Part shown: in pieces, positions 51,577-61,889 of the stretch | Numbering within the stretch: the stretch's first letter is position 1 | How the letters are laid out: each line of letters begins with the position of its first letter | Program-made: the position numbers and the translations under genes | Notes under the pieces: model-generated | Told to the model about the DNA's origin: nothing | Seen by the model: the letters and a program-made list of their open reading frames with translations, nothing else | Database searches by the model: none | Origin: an uncultured Holophaga sp. | Lineage (GTDB): Bacteria; Acidobacteriota; Holophagae; Holophagales; Holophagaceae | Length of the DNA: 64,000 nt | Reading direction: 5' to 3' | Assembly: GCA_963664825.1 (NCBI GenBank) | Contig: OY761614.1 | Location: 3,392,001 to 3,456,000 of the forward strand

Positions 51577-52436
51577 CGGACCAAGCCTCTCGTCTCCGGG
51601 CCATGGCCCGCCAACAGGTGCCCGAAGCGACCCTCTTCAGCTCCCGGGTCATGGCCATCACATCAGGCAAGGGAGGAGTCGGGAAAACGAACGTGGTCGC
51701 CGGATTGGCCATGTCACTGACCCAGACCGGTCAGCGGGTGGTGGTGCTGGATGCCGATTTCGGCCTGGCCAACCTGGATATCCTGCTGGGCCTCAGCCCC
51801 ACCTACACCCTGGAACATGTCCTCCGGGGGGACAAGGTGCTGGAGGAGATCATCCTCGACGGCCCCATGGGCATCCGCATGATCCCGGCCTCCAGCGGCA
51901 TCCAGGAACTCACCCGCCTGGATACCGGCGCCGAGCTGCGACTCATCCAGGGCCTCCAGCGGGTCTCGGAGACCACGGACTGGATGCTCATCGATACGGC
52001 TGCGGGCATCCACGATTCAGTTATCAAGCTCCTCCTGGCTGCCCAGGAAGTGCTGCTGGTGACCACACCGGAGCCCACCTCCCTGGTGGACGCCTACGCC
52101 ATGGTCAAGGTGATCCACCTGCGGGATCCCCATAAACCCATCTGGCTGCTGGTGAACAACGCCCAAAGCGAAGACGAGGCCGAGGAGACCATCGAACAGC
52201 TCCAGGCCGCCACCCTGCGCTTCCTGGGTCGGGAGCTCAAGGTCCTCGGCATGATCCCCGCCGATCCCTGCCTGCTCCAGTCCGTGCGGGAACAGCGGGG
52301 CGTGGTGGAACGTTTCCCCAGGAGCCCCTCGGCCCTGGCCTTCCGCCAGATCGCCGATCAAATCAAGAAAAAGGTGCCCTTACAAAAAGACGGATTTGCT
52401 TCATTCTGGAAGCAACTAAGCCTTGGGGACCTATGA
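51573..52436 (+). CDS. flhG: MinD-like ATPase FlhG/FleN
   Basis: MTDQASRLR, SGKGGVGKT, DADFGLANLD, TPEPTS. Confidence 0.95.
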   Translation: MTDQASRLRAMARQQVPEATLFSSRVMAITSGKGGVGKTNVVAGLAMSLTQTGQRVVVLDADFGLANLDILLGLSPTYTLEHVLRGDKVLEEIILDGPMGIRMIPASSGIQELTRLDTGAELRLIQGLQRVSETTDWMLIDTAAGIHDSVIKLLLAAQEVLLVTTPEPTSLVDAYAMVKVIHLRDPHKPIWLLVNNAQSEDEAEETIEQLQAATLRFLGRELKVLGMIPADPCLLQSVREQRGVVERFPRSPSALAFRQIADQIKKKVPLQKDGFASFWKQLSLGDL

Positions 52437-53335
52437 ATCCGACGAAGAAGGCTATCCCTTCGCCGCCGAAGCTATCGGCGCCCCCCCAAGGTGCGCCCAA
52501 ATCCGTTGTCGGCCGGGCAGCGGCGGCGGCTTATCAGAAGTCGGCCGCCCTGCCACCCTATGAAGAGCTTCCGGTGGCCGAGCCAAATCAGCACTCCCGG
52601 CCTGAGTTTTCCGAGGACCTGGATGTCTTCCAGGACCGGGAGACCCTCATCACCGAGTGCCTGCCCCTGGTCAAGTTCGTGGCCCACCGGATCTCGGCCC
52701 GCCTGCCCGCCCACGTGGAACTGGACGATCTCATCCACTCCGGGATCCTGGGCCTGATGGACGCCCTCAAGAAATTCGAGCCCGGCCGCAACGTGAAATT
52801 CAAGACCTACGCCGAGCAGCGCATCCGGGGCGCCATCCTGGATGGTCTCCGGGATCTGGACTGGATACCGCGCTCCCTGCGCCGCAAGAAGAAGGACATC
52901 GAGGGTGCCTACCACGCCCTGGAACAACAATTCGGAAGGGCCGCCACGGATGAGGAGGTGGCCAAACACCTGGAGATGCCCCTCGAGGAGCTCCACAAGT
53001 CCCTGGACGAACTCAAGGGCATCACCCTGGGCGCCTTCATGGACGCGGGGGAGGATGGCGAAGGGGAAAACCTCATCAGCTTCGTCCCCGATCCCGATGC
53101 GGAGGACCCCTCCATCACCCTTCAGGCCCGGGAACTCCGGGCGATGTTGAAGCTGGCCGTGGATCTGCTGCCCACCAAGGAACGTTTCGTGGTCCAGCTC
53201 TACTACTTCGACGAGCTAACCATGAAGGAAATCGGCACCCTCCTCAATATCACCGAGAGTCGGGTATCGCAATTGCATACTAAGTCCATGCTCCGACTCC
53301 GGGGCAAGCTCAAAGAACGCCAGATCCACAGTTGA
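52433..53335 (+). CDS. fliA: Flagellar sigma factor sigma-28 with N-terminal extension
   Basis: RIRGAILDGLRDLDWIPRS, LTMKEIG..LNITESRVSQLH. Confidence 0.95.
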   Translation: MNPTKKAIPSPPKLSAPPQGAPKSVVGRAAAAAYQKSAALPPYEELPVAEPNQHSRPEFSEDLDVFQDRETLITECLPLVKFVAHRISARLPAHVELDDLIHSGILGLMDALKKFEPGRNVKFKTYAEQRIRGAILDGLRDLDWIPRSLRRKKKDIEGAYHALEQQFGRAATDEEVAKHLEMPLEELHKSLDELKGITLGAFMDAGEDGEGENLISFVPDPDAEDPSITLQARELRAMLKLAVDLLPTKERFVVQLYYFDELTMKEIGTLLNITESRVSQLHTKSMLRLRGKLKERQIHS

Positions 53336-53350
53336 TTTCCAGGTGCCTTG

Positions 53351-54370
53351 ATGGCCAAGATCCTCAGCCAGGAAGAGGTTGATGCCCTTCTGAAGTCCCA
53401 CACCAAGGGGCCCAAGGCGGCCTCTGCCCCCAGTGCAGCCCCCGAAAAGGGCGGTCAGAGTCAGAAGGCAAAAAAAGCCCAGCTACAGAAAAAAGTCAGC
53501 CTCTACAACTTCCGCCGCCCGGACCGGGTCAGCCGGGAGCAGATGCGAACCCTGCATTTCATGCACGATCGCTTCGCCCGGAACTTCTCCAGTTCCCTAT
53601 CGGCCTACCTGCGGACCATCACCGAAGTGAACCTGGTGAGTGTGGAGCAGCTCTCCTACCAGGAATTCCTCCTCTCGGTGCCCGACCCCACCTGCTTCAA
53701 CGCCATCAGCATCCGGCCCCTGGAGGGCGCCTTCGCCCTCGAGGTCAATCCCCAGCTGGTCTTCCCCATCATCGACAAGATGCTGGGCGGTCCGGGGGAG
53801 GCCCTCAAGCAGATCCGCACCATGACCGACATCGAGCAGAGCATCTTCGAAGGCGTGCTCAAGCTCCTGCTGGAGGACCTCCGGGAGGCGTGGCGGGGCA
53901 TCATCGATCTGGACTTCAAGATCCAGGCCCGGGAGACCAGCCCCCAGCTCATCCAGATCGTGGCCCCCAACGAGGTGGTGCTGCTGGTGGTCTTCGAGGT
54001 GAAGATGGGCACCGTGGTGGGCATGGTCAACCTGGCCATCCCCTCCATCATCCTGGAGCCCGTGGCCAACAAGTTCGACCAGGAGATGTATACCGGCTAC
54101 AAGAAGTCCAGCACCTTCGAGGAGGCCAAGCTCCTCATCGAAAGCGTCAAGCACTGCGACATGACGGTCTGCGCCGAGATCCGAGGCACCTCCCTGCGTC
54201 TGAGGGATGTGCTGGCCCTTCAGGGCGGGGACCTCATTCCCCTGACCAAGCGCTTCGATGCGGTCCTGGATCTCACCGTGGACGGCATCCCGCGCTGTCA
54301 GGGCTACATCGCACTCAATGCCAACCAGAAGCGCGTATTCCAAGTCACTTCCACCAGACAGGAGGGATGA
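53351..54370 (+). CDS. fliM: Flagellar motor switch protein FliM
   Basis: ILSQEEVDALL, YNFRRPDRVSREQ, MLGGPG. Confidence 0.96.
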   Translation: MAKILSQEEVDALLKSHTKGPKAASAPSAAPEKGGQSQKAKKAQLQKKVSLYNFRRPDRVSREQMRTLHFMHDRFARNFSSSLSAYLRTITEVNLVSVEQLSYQEFLLSVPDPTCFNAISIRPLEGAFALEVNPQLVFPIIDKMLGGPGEALKQIRTMTDIEQSIFEGVLKLLLEDLREAWRGIIDLDFKIQARETSPQLIQIVAPNEVVLLVVFEVKMGTVVGMVNLAIPSIILEPVANKFDQEMYTGYKKSSTFEEAKLLIESVKHCDMTVCAEIRGTSLRLRDVLALQGGDLIPLTKRFDAVLDLTVDGIPRCQGYIALNANQKRVFQVTSTRQEG

Positions 54371-54371
54371 G

Positions 54372-55322
54372 ATGGATCCCGCGACGGCCCAACTCCTCCA
54401 GAAGATCGGTCCCAACTTCGCCGAAAGCATGGGCTCCGTGTTCTCCATGCTCACAGGGCGCGAGTTCGCCGTTGCCTTCACGGTCGGCGAGACCCTCGAT
54501 CACGATGCCATCGCCAAGCTCCAGACCGGCGTCACCGTATTCGTGAAGGCCCACTACACCAAGGGCATCACAGGCACCCTCGTCTTTTGTCTTCCGCTCA
54601 AGGAAGGCACCATGCTGGTCGACCTCATGCTCGGCGGAGAGGGCACGCCCTCCACGGAACTGGCCGGGGATTCCCGGGACGCGCTGGCGGAAACCTTCAA
54701 CCAGATCCTCGGCAGCGCCAACCAGGCCCTTTCCGATCTGGCAGGAGAGACCCTTTCCATCTCCAACGTGGAGATCTTCTCCATCGAAACCGCCGATGAG
54801 GCGGGCCTCCAGGAGCTGCTCGGCGCGGGGCCCTTCGATTCTGCGGCCCTGGCCACCACCCAGGAGACCCTCAACACCACCATCCACCTCCTCATCCCCG
54901 ATCTGCTCTCGGAGCAGCTCAAGCGCAAGCTGGGCATGGGCCAACCCATCGCCCCCCCCGCCTCCGTTCCACCCTCCACGCCCTCCCCTTCCGCCCCCGC
55001 CCCCCAGGCCCCCGCGGCCCCGGGTCCTGTGTCCACGGGGACACGACAGGCCTCCGTGGATACGGGCAACCTCGATCTCCTGTTGGATATCGAACTACCC
55101 GTCATGGTGCGCATGGGCCAGACGGAGATGCAGCTGGGCGAGCTCCTGAAGCTCACACCCGGCTCCATCCTCGAACTCAACCGCGCCGCCGACGCCCCCG
55201 TGGAGCTGCTGGTGAATGGCAAGCAGATCGCCAAGGGCGAAGTGGTGGTGGTGGACGGCAACTTCGCCTTCCGCATCACGGAAATCGAGAGCACCGATAC
55301 CCGGATACGCAGCCTAGCCTGA
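54372..55322 (+). CDS. fliN: Flagellar motor switch protein FliN with CheC-like N-terminal domain (FliY-like)
   Basis: DLMLGGEG, AETFNQ (ExxN), Pro-rich linker, NLDLLLDI..GEVVVVDGNF SpoA domain. Confidence 0.92.
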   Translation: MDPATAQLLQKIGPNFAESMGSVFSMLTGREFAVAFTVGETLDHDAIAKLQTGVTVFVKAHYTKGITGTLVFCLPLKEGTMLVDLMLGGEGTPSTELAGDSRDALAETFNQILGSANQALSDLAGETLSISNVEIFSIETADEAGLQELLGAGPFDSAALATTQETLNTTIHLLIPDLLSEQLKRKLGMGQPIAPPASVPPSTPSPSAPAPQAPAAPGPVSTGTRQASVDTGNLDLLLDIELPVMVRMGQTEMQLGELLKLTPGSILELNRAADAPVELLVNGKQIAKGEVVVVDGNFAFRITEIESTDTRIRSLA

Positions 55323-55334
55323 ACCCAAGTCGTA

Positions 55335-55784
55335 TCAGGATCCGAGCCCTTCGTGGGCGGGCAAGTGCCTTGCGAGGGCCCGCTGCTGGGCGATGCGCAG
55401 CTGCGCTCGGGCGGCATCGAGGTCCCTGAGGCTTGCGAATTCATCCTCCGTCGCGCAGACGATCCGATCGATGATGGTCACGGACTGAAAGGCGATGCCG
55501 TAGGCCTCCAGGATGGGGATGGCACGTCGGCTCAGGGTGCCCGTCCACAGATGACGGATGCCGAGGCTCGCGACGAGGAATGCGGCGGCCGCACCCGTGA
55601 CCCGGTCGATCAGAAGGGCCTCCTGAAGACCTGGGATGGGTTGAACCTCTTGGAGGGCCTCCAGTTCGAAGAGGGGGTGCAGCCAGTGTCGGCGACTGGA
55701 AAAGACCGTCGCTTCACCCACCAGGAGTCGCAGGGTCAGGCCCTCGCCCAGGCGCTGTTGGAAGGTGGCGTCCTCCAGGTTCAT
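55335..55784 (-). CDS. DUF1893 (TM1506-like) protein
   Basis: LHPLFEL..IDRVTGAAAAFL..SRRA...L...IVCATE. Confidence 0.7.
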   Translation of the reverse strand: MNLEDATFQQRLGEGLTLRLLVGEATVFSSRRHWLHPLFELEALQEVQPIPGLQEALLIDRVTGAAAAFLVASLGIRHLWTGTLSRRAIPILEAYGIAFQSVTIIDRIVCATEDEFASLRDLDAARAQLRIAQQRALARHLPAHEGLGS

Positions 55785-56326
55785 CAGGGCCTTACCCGTG
55801 GGGCCCTGAGACCTTCCAGGAGCCTGAGGGCCGCCCATCCGCCGAGGATCTGGATCAGGATTCCAGGAACCCGGAAGGCGAGCCCGTGCAGGGCGGGAAT
55901 CGCGCCCATCGTAAGGCACGCCATTGAAGTCACCAGGGCTTGGTGGACCAGAACGGCCAGGGCCAGGAAGAACACGCTGGTCCTGGAGCATCGCCTGGAG
56001 ATCGCTGCCGCCACCGCACCCAGCGCCACGGAGCTGAGGATGACGCCCGTGAGCACCGAGGTTTGAGGCATGCCCGTGAGGCCATGGCTGATGAGCGGCG
56101 AGAGGGTGGCCGTGAACATGGCCGCCGAAAGCCCGAATTCCCACCCCGCGATCAAGGTGAAAAAGAAGATGGGCATCAGGGCGGGGCCCCCCATGGGTAT
56201 GCGGTGGACCAGGATGGGAAGGATCACGTTCCCCGCGATCAAGATCGAGCTGATGAGGTAGAGGGATGGGTCGGCCAATCCCAGGGAACGGTCGGCCAGC
56301 ATCGGGTTTTCGTGTGCGTGCGACAT
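55784..56326 (-). CDS. ECF transporter S-component-like membrane protein
   Basis: NVILPILVHRIPMGGPALMPIFFFTLIAG..G....LSPLISHGLTGMP..PGILIQ; about 5-6 TM. Confidence 0.75.
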   Translation of the reverse strand: MSHAHENPMLADRSLGLADPSLYLISSILIAGNVILPILVHRIPMGGPALMPIFFFTLIAGWEFGLSAAMFTATLSPLISHGLTGMPQTSVLTGVILSSVALGAVAAAISRRCSRTSVFFLALAVLVHQALVTSMACLTMGAIPALHGLAFRVPGILIQILGGWAALRLLEGLRAPRVRP

Positions 56327-56373
56327 GGTTCCCCTTCAACCTAGGTGCGTCGGCATAGCCACAGCGCAGCGCC

Positions 56374-57855
56374 TCAAACGGTTCGATGCCTCTCATGTCC
56401 CTCGACGTGGATGGCACTTAGAGGCCGCGACGGACAAAGGAATTCGCAAGCCCCGCAGCCGATGCAGCGTTCAGCGTCGATCACCGGGATCTTGGGCGAT
56501 GCAAGGTTATCGGGGTCCCGAGGGGCCATGAAAATGGCCCCGGTCGGGCAATGGCGGGCGCAGTTGTTGCACTTGGCGCCGTCGCGATTGACGATGCACA
56601 TTGCCGGGTTCAGGACGGCATGACCGATCTGGATGGCCGATTTTTCGGCGCGGGTAATGCGCCGGATCGCTCCGGTGGGGCAGACCTCGGAGCACCGGGT
56701 GCATTCCGGACGGCAGTAGCCGCGTTCGAAGGACATCTCCGGCTGCACCAGGCTGCCTGGCGCATCGGAAGGGCGCAGGACATGGTTCGGGCAGGCCGTG
56801 ACGCAGAGCTGGCAGGCCGTACAGTGCCGGGAAAAGTCCCGCAGGCTACGGGCTCCCGCGGGCTTGATCCGAGTCCCACGCCTGGGAGCCTTCTTGGGAA
56901 CAATGGGTGCAAGCCCCCCGTCGACCTTGTGCTCTTGAGCCCAGAGGACGCCCCCGGCAGCCAACAGGGTGGAAAGGGTGAGGAAGCGCCTCCGGGAAGG
57001 GCTGCCTTCGGAAGAGACTGGGGTCGGCTCGTCAGGTGTTCGGCGCATGGTGTATGTGAGGGATCCCTTGGGGCAATGCCCGAGGCAATCAAGGCACATG
57101 ACACACCGGGAATGGTCGATCTTGCGGGTGGCCGGATCGATGCACGAGGCCTTGCAGCCCCGCGCGCAGACGCCGCAGCCCGCACACGTGTCCGCATCGA
57201 TACGGAGCCGGAAGAGCGAGAAGCGGGCGCAAATCCCCAGGACCGTGCCCACGGGACAGATCGTGTTGCAGTAGGTCCGTCCATTCCTCCAGGCGAGCAC
57301 CACCAGGAGGAGGAAGGTCGCGCCCGCCACCGCGAGCACGCCCACACCACAGAAACCGGCCTCCACCCCGTAGAACGCGAAGCTGCCGGATCGCTCGGCA
57401 AATCTCGCGAGCAGGTTGTTGCCCATCCCATAGAGCGGCCCGAGCAGGGAGGAGACCATGCGCCCGTACGCACTATACGGGGCGAGCAGGGCGAACAAGG
57501 GCCCGAGCCCCAGGAGCACCAACGCAACGAAGACGGCCAGCACGCCATAGCGCAGGGGCGTGAGCGCAGGCGAAGGCCGGAACCGGTCCGGACGCTTCCG
57601 GGCGGCGATCCAGGAGATGACATCCTGGAAAACGCCCAGGGGGCAGAGCACGGAACAGTAGATCCTCCCGAAAAGCAGGGTGAGGAGCAGGAGCGCGGCA
57701 ACGACCACCAGGTTCAAGGCCAGCACCGCCGGGAGGAACTGGACCCTGGCCAGCCAGCCGAACCAGTGCTGCGCCGTTCCCGTGAAATCCAGGAAAAGCA
57801 GAGTCACCAGAACAAGGCAGAGGAGAGCGGCGAAGATTCGTGACTTCCGTACCAT
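56374..57855 (-). CDS. Membrane polyferredoxin (NapH/MauN-like fused to NapG/MauM-like)
   Basis: Two CxxxCP motifs (YCSVLCPLG, YCNTICPVG) among TMs, several CxxCxxCxxxCP motifs, and internal SRRRFL. Confidence 0.88.
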   Translation of the reverse strand: MVRKSRIFAALLCLVLVTLLFLDFTGTAQHWFGWLARVQFLPAVLALNLVVVAALLLLTLLFGRIYCSVLCPLGVFQDVISWIAARKRPDRFRPSPALTPLRYGVLAVFVALVLLGLGPLFALLAPYSAYGRMVSSLLGPLYGMGNNLLARFAERSGSFAFYGVEAGFCGVGVLAVAGATFLLLVVLAWRNGRTYCNTICPVGTVLGICARFSLFRLRIDADTCAGCGVCARGCKASCIDPATRKIDHSRCVMCLDCLGHCPKGSLTYTMRRTPDEPTPVSSEGSPSRRRFLTLSTLLAAGGVLWAQEHKVDGGLAPIVPKKAPRRGTRIKPAGARSLRDFSRHCTACQLCVTACPNHVLRPSDAPGSLVQPEMSFERGYCRPECTRCSEVCPTGAIRRITRAEKSAIQIGHAVLNPAMCIVNRDGAKCNNCARHCPTGAIFMAPRDPDNLASPKIPVIDAERCIGCGACEFLCPSRPLSAIHVEGHERHRTV

Positions 57856-57867
57856 GATGCCGCCCCC

Positions 57868-59238
57868 TCAGCCCGTGACCCTGATGCGCTCGATGAACCG
57901 ATCGATCTTCTGCATCTCGCGCGGGATGTTGATGGATTGCGGGCAGTCCTTGGTGCATCTCCCGCATCCGGTGCAGTGCTGCGCCTGCCTCAGCCTCGGG
58001 ACACTCCGGTCGAGGCCGATCAGGAAGGCGCGCCGGGCCTTGCGGTAATTGGCGTCCTGGGCGTCGTCGGGGAAGTTGCCTTCATCGAGACAGCGGTTGT
58101 AGTGGCGGAAGATCCCGGGGATATCGATGCCGTAGGGACAGGGCATGCAGTACTGACAGCCGGTGCAGTTGATATTCTGATATTCGAGCATCATCTGGGC
58201 GATGCGCTCGAGCATGGCGTCATCCGATGCCTTCAGGGGCCTCAGCGGCGCGAAGGTGCGGATGTTCTCCTGCAGGTTCTCCATGTAGGTCATGCCACTG
58301 AGCACGGTCAGGACATCGGGCTTCGAACCCACGAACCGGAAGGCCCAGGAGGCGATGCTGGCGCGAGGATCGGCCTGCTTGAGCACAGCCTGTGCCTTGT
58401 AGGGTAGTCGGGCGAGACGTCCACCGAGCAGCGGCTCCATGATGACCGCGGGCACCTGCAGGCGGGCCAGTTCGTCATACAAGTATTTCGCGTTGACGTC
58501 GCTGCTGCCGAGGGACGTATCCCAATCAAAGTAGTTCGCCTGGATCTGGACGAAGTCCCATTTCACGCCGCTGGACATCATGTAGTCGAAGAACGCACGT
58601 TCCCCGTGGAAGGACCACCCGAGGTTGCGAATGCGGCCCGCCTCGCGCTCCTTGAGCAGGAAATCCAGAACGCCATTGTCCAAGAATCGTTCCTTGTACC
58701 CATCGTACGTGCCCACCGCGTGGATCAGGTAGTAGTCGAAGTATTCCAGCCGCAGGTCCTTCATCGACTGGCGATACATCGCCAGGGAGTCCTCGCGGCT
58801 CTTGGCCGCGAAGTTCGACATCTTCGTGGCGATGAGATAGCTGTCCCGGGGATGGCGGCTGAGTGCCAGGCCCATGGCCCGTTCGGACATGCCCTTGCAG
58901 TAGCGCGGAGAGGTATCGAAGTAGTTGATGCCATGGACCAGCGCATACTCCACCGAAGCATTCACGGCTTCCTGGTCGATCGGTTCGGTGTCGCCCGTGG
59001 TTCCGACCTTGGGACGTCTCGGCAGGCGCATGCAGCCGTATCCGAGCAAGGATACCCGTTTCCCCGTGTGGGGATCGACCCGGTAGGTCATTCGGTCGGT
59101 CGGCACATCGGGTTGCTCTCCCAGGGACTGGCTTCGCCTGTGACCGCAACCCACAAGGGCGGCCGCCGAGACCGCCGCGCCCGCACCGAGCAGGCCTAGG
59201 AATCCCCGGCGTCCCCTGGCTCCATCATGGTCTTCCAT
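57868..59238 (-). CDS. Aldo/keto reductase with C-terminal 4Fe-4S dicluster and twin-arginine-like leader
   Basis: GRRGFLG...LVGC leader, LGYGCMRLP, YFDTSPRY, IATK, YYLIH, MEPLLGG, CTGCQYCMPCP, CTGCGRC..CP. Confidence 0.9.
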   Translation of the reverse strand: MEDHDGARGRRGFLGLLGAGAAVSAAALVGCGHRRSQSLGEQPDVPTDRMTYRVDPHTGKRVSLLGYGCMRLPRRPKVGTTGDTEPIDQEAVNASVEYALVHGINYFDTSPRYCKGMSERAMGLALSRHPRDSYLIATKMSNFAAKSREDSLAMYRQSMKDLRLEYFDYYLIHAVGTYDGYKERFLDNGVLDFLLKEREAGRIRNLGWSFHGERAFFDYMMSSGVKWDFVQIQANYFDWDTSLGSSDVNAKYLYDELARLQVPAVIMEPLLGGRLARLPYKAQAVLKQADPRASIASWAFRFVGSKPDVLTVLSGMTYMENLQENIRTFAPLRPLKASDDAMLERIAQMMLEYQNINCTGCQYCMPCPYGIDIPGIFRHYNRCLDEGNFPDDAQDANYRKARRAFLIGLDRSVPRLRQAQHCTGCGRCTKDCPQSINIPREMQKIDRFIERIRVTG

Positions 59239-59250
59239 CGCCCGCAGCTC

Positions 59251-59814
59251 CTATTTGAGGAGTTTGAGTTCGCGCATCCATCCGCGAACCTCGCTCCCGG
59301 CCTCCTGGACATTGTCTCCCAAGAAAGACCGCCCCTCCATTACGGTAGCTCCAGGGGCCAGTTTTCGCACATCCCCCACGCTCTTCCCCATCTGGCTGCC
59401 CCCGTGGGTGATGAACGGGATGATCCGCTTCCCTGCGAAATTGTGGGAGGCAAGATAGGTCATCACCGGAGGCGCGACAGTACCCCACCAGTTCGGCGAA
59501 CCAATGAAGATCGTCTCGTAGCGCGAGAGATCCGGCCCCGAAGACTTGAGAGGGGGGCGGTAGCCCGCGGCAAGTTCCCGCTTGGCCTGGTCCACGACGG
59601 CCTTGTAGGCGGTCGGATAGGGGGAGACCGGCACGATTTCGAAGATATCGGCGCCAGCCGCCTCCTGGATCTGGCGGGCGATCACACGGGTATTGCCGCT
59701 GTGGGAGAAATAGACAACGAGCACCTTTGGGGCCGGGGCAGCCGGCTTGGAATTCGCATCCAGAGCGATTGGAATGGAGAGGAACAGGGCGAAGATTGCG
59801 AAGAACCGTTTCAT
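59251..59814 (-). CDS. Flavodoxin (Flavodoxin_4 type) with signal peptide
   Basis: VYFSHSGNT, GSPNWWG, PFITHGGS; hydrophobic leader. Confidence 0.9.
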   Translation of the reverse strand: MKRFFAIFALFLSIPIALDANSKPAAPAPKVLVVYFSHSGNTRVIARQIQEAAGADIFEIVPVSPYPTAYKAVVDQAKRELAAGYRPPLKSSGPDLSRYETIFIGSPNWWGTVAPPVMTYLASHNFAGKRIIPFITHGGSQMGKSVGDVRKLAPGATVMEGRSFLGDNVQEAGSEVRGWMRELKLLK

Positions 59815-59870
59815 GGTATCCCTCGAGAGAAAAGGAGTCGTGGTTGAGATGGGCAGTCCGGAAGGCTGGA

Positions 59871-60818
59871 TCAGGCTTCACCACCCTCGCGCAACCTCGC
59901 GATATCCCTGGAGGGTGGATTCCCGAAATACCGGCCATATTCCCGGCTGAACTGGGAGGAGCTGAGATAGCCCACCTGCCGGGCCGCCATCCCCGCATCC
60001 ATCATCTTCGACAGCATGAGTCGCCTCGCCTCCTGGAGCCGAATGACCTTCTGGTACTGCAGGGGGCTCATGGAAGTGACCGACTTGAAGTGCTGGTGGA
60101 AGGAGGATGCGCTCATGTGGACCAAGACGGCCAAGCGTTCGACATCCAGGGGCTGGTCGAAATGGGTCTGCACCCAGGACACAGCCTTGGAAACACGCTG
60201 GAGCCTGGACTCCTCCTGTCCAATCAGGGCCACCCGTCCGCCGACGGGGCTGCGGAGCAGGCGGATCAGGATTTCGTCCATGGCGAGCGAGGCCAGCAAT
60301 TCCACGTCCTCGGGCTGCGCCATCAGCCCCATCAGCCTGGAGACCGCTTCCAGAATGCTCGGCTCGGCCGCGCAGATGTAGACGGCACGATCCTTCCGGA
60401 CCTGGGGGAGGCCGTCGGGGTAAACCTTCAGGACCAGTTCGGTGATCCGCCGCGGATCGAGATCGAGTTTGAGACAGAGAAAGGGCTCGGAGGGGCTGGC
60501 CTTGGTGATCTGCGCGGCCACAGGCACATCCACGGAGGAGACAAGCATATGCGACCCGTCGTAGTCAAAGGTATCCGGCCCGAGGATGACGCGCTTGGCC
60601 CCTTGAGCCACGATGCACAGGGCTGCCCGATGGACGCCGTGCATCAATTCCTTGTGCGTGTGAGAAGCCCGCAGGAGCGTCACGCCAGGAATGCGGAGTT
60701 CGAAGCTGCCGTCGTAGGGCGCATGCGCGAGGATCAGGCCGCCCAGCCTAGCCAGTGCCCGTGGCAAGGCCTCCGGGTCCGAAGCATAGGGATAGAGTGG
60801 GGTGTGTTCCTGAGCCAT
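59871..60818 (-). CDS. AraC family regulator (AraC_N/YqhC type)
   Basis: [50 protein letters not shown]. Confidence 0.93.
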   Translation of the reverse strand: MAQEHTPLYPYASDPEALPRALARLGGLILAHAPYDGSFELRIPGVTLLRASHTHKELMHGVHRAALCIVAQGAKRVILGPDTFDYDGSHMLVSSVDVPVAAQITKASPSEPFLCLKLDLDPRRITELVLKVYPDGLPQVRKDRAVYICAAEPSILEAVSRLMGLMAQPEDVELLASLAMDEILIRLLRSPVGGRVALIGQEESRLQRVSKAVSWVQTHFDQPLDVERLAVLVHMSASSFHQHFKSVTSMSPLQYQKVIRLQEARRLMLSKMMDAGMAARQVGYLSSSQFSREYGRYFGNPPSRDIARLREGGEA

Positions 60819-61069
60819 GAGCAATTCTCGCCTCCGCCGCCGATTTGTTAAACCTGATGGACAAAATTTCGACCGATCCCCGAAGTCTCTCCCTTTTCGA
60901 GGTTTCGCGCTCCGCCGGAGGTGGGATGGGCGTGACCACATGGCATCCGTCCTTCCGGTTCAGGCCAGGCCGGGATCACCAGACGTGGTGTCCGGGCTTC
61001 GCCTGGAGACCACGTGGGGGTCAAAGTGGGGACGCAGAGCGAGCTCGAACGAGCGGGCGGCCCCCCTTT

Positions 61070-61834
61070 TCATGGCAGGGCCCTTTCCGGCTCGACCTCG
61101 TTGAGGCAATGGAGGGCATTGAGCGTTCTCGGATAGCCCATATAGGGCAACAGCTGGGTGATGACCCCCAACAGCGTGCTCCTGTCGTTCCCGAGATTGA
61201 GGTTGCCCCGGATATGCCCCTTGAGCTGGGACTCGCACCCGCGCAGCGCCAGGAGCATGGAGAACGTCAGCAGTTCGCGCGTTTTCGTGTCGAGCCCCGC
61301 CCGAGTGACGTAGTCGCCGAAGCAGTTGTCCGAGAGATACGTATTGATGTGCGCCTGGTTCAAAGGCGTCTGCTGGTGCATCACCTCGATCATTCCGCCG
61401 AAGATCGCCTTCTGCAGCGCCAGCCCCTTCTCGAAGCGCGTTGCGGGATTCGTGGTGGACTGGCCCTCAAGCGGAAGCTGGACGCCCCGGCTCTCCAGGA
61501 TCTCGTTGGTGGCGTGGAGGAAGTCGAAGACAATGGCGATGCCGCAGTACGGCACGGCCTGGTACACGATCTCCTTCGCCTCGATCGGCGTGATGCCGAT
61601 GTTCAGGGCTCCGGAAAGCATGGCCTTGTATTCGGCAAGCGATTGGCTGGCGATCAGGGCCGCCAGGATGACCATGAGGCGTGTCCTGTCGTCCAGATCC
61701 CCATAGGCAAGCACTTCATCGAAGGCGAAATTGTCGAAGACCTCGATGAATTCTGGGTCCGTGACCTTCAGGGTCGACGTGTAATTAGGGAACAGTTTTT
61801 CGTGGTTCCTGTTCGCTATTTCCGAGATGCTCAT
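61070..61834 (-). CDS. Carboxymuconolactone decarboxylase family protein (two CMD repeats)
   Basis: TDPEFIE.FDNFAFDEV, EIVYQAVPY, NCFGDY..R.GLD..RELLT, LPYMGYPR. Confidence 0.9.
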   Translation of the reverse strand: MSISEIANRNHEKLFPNYTSTLKVTDPEFIEVFDNFAFDEVLAYGDLDDRTRLMVILAALIASQSLAEYKAMLSGALNIGITPIEAKEIVYQAVPYCGIAIVFDFLHATNEILESRGVQLPLEGQSTTNPATRFEKGLALQKAIFGGMIEVMHQQTPLNQAHINTYLSDNCFGDYVTRAGLDTKTRELLTFSMLLALRGCESQLKGHIRGNLNLGNDRSTLLGVITQLLPYMGYPRTLNALHCLNEVEPERALP

Positions 61835-61889
61835 GCCTTCATCCTTTCCCTTCAATTCATCGCGTTCGGCTGGCGACATGCGCAGGCCG

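Noticed and set aside
61003..61065. c-di-GMP-I-like string (ggagaccac...gtggggacgcagagc)
   Set aside because: It is on the opposite strand to the flanking genes and lacks the GNRA tetraloop and receptor stem.
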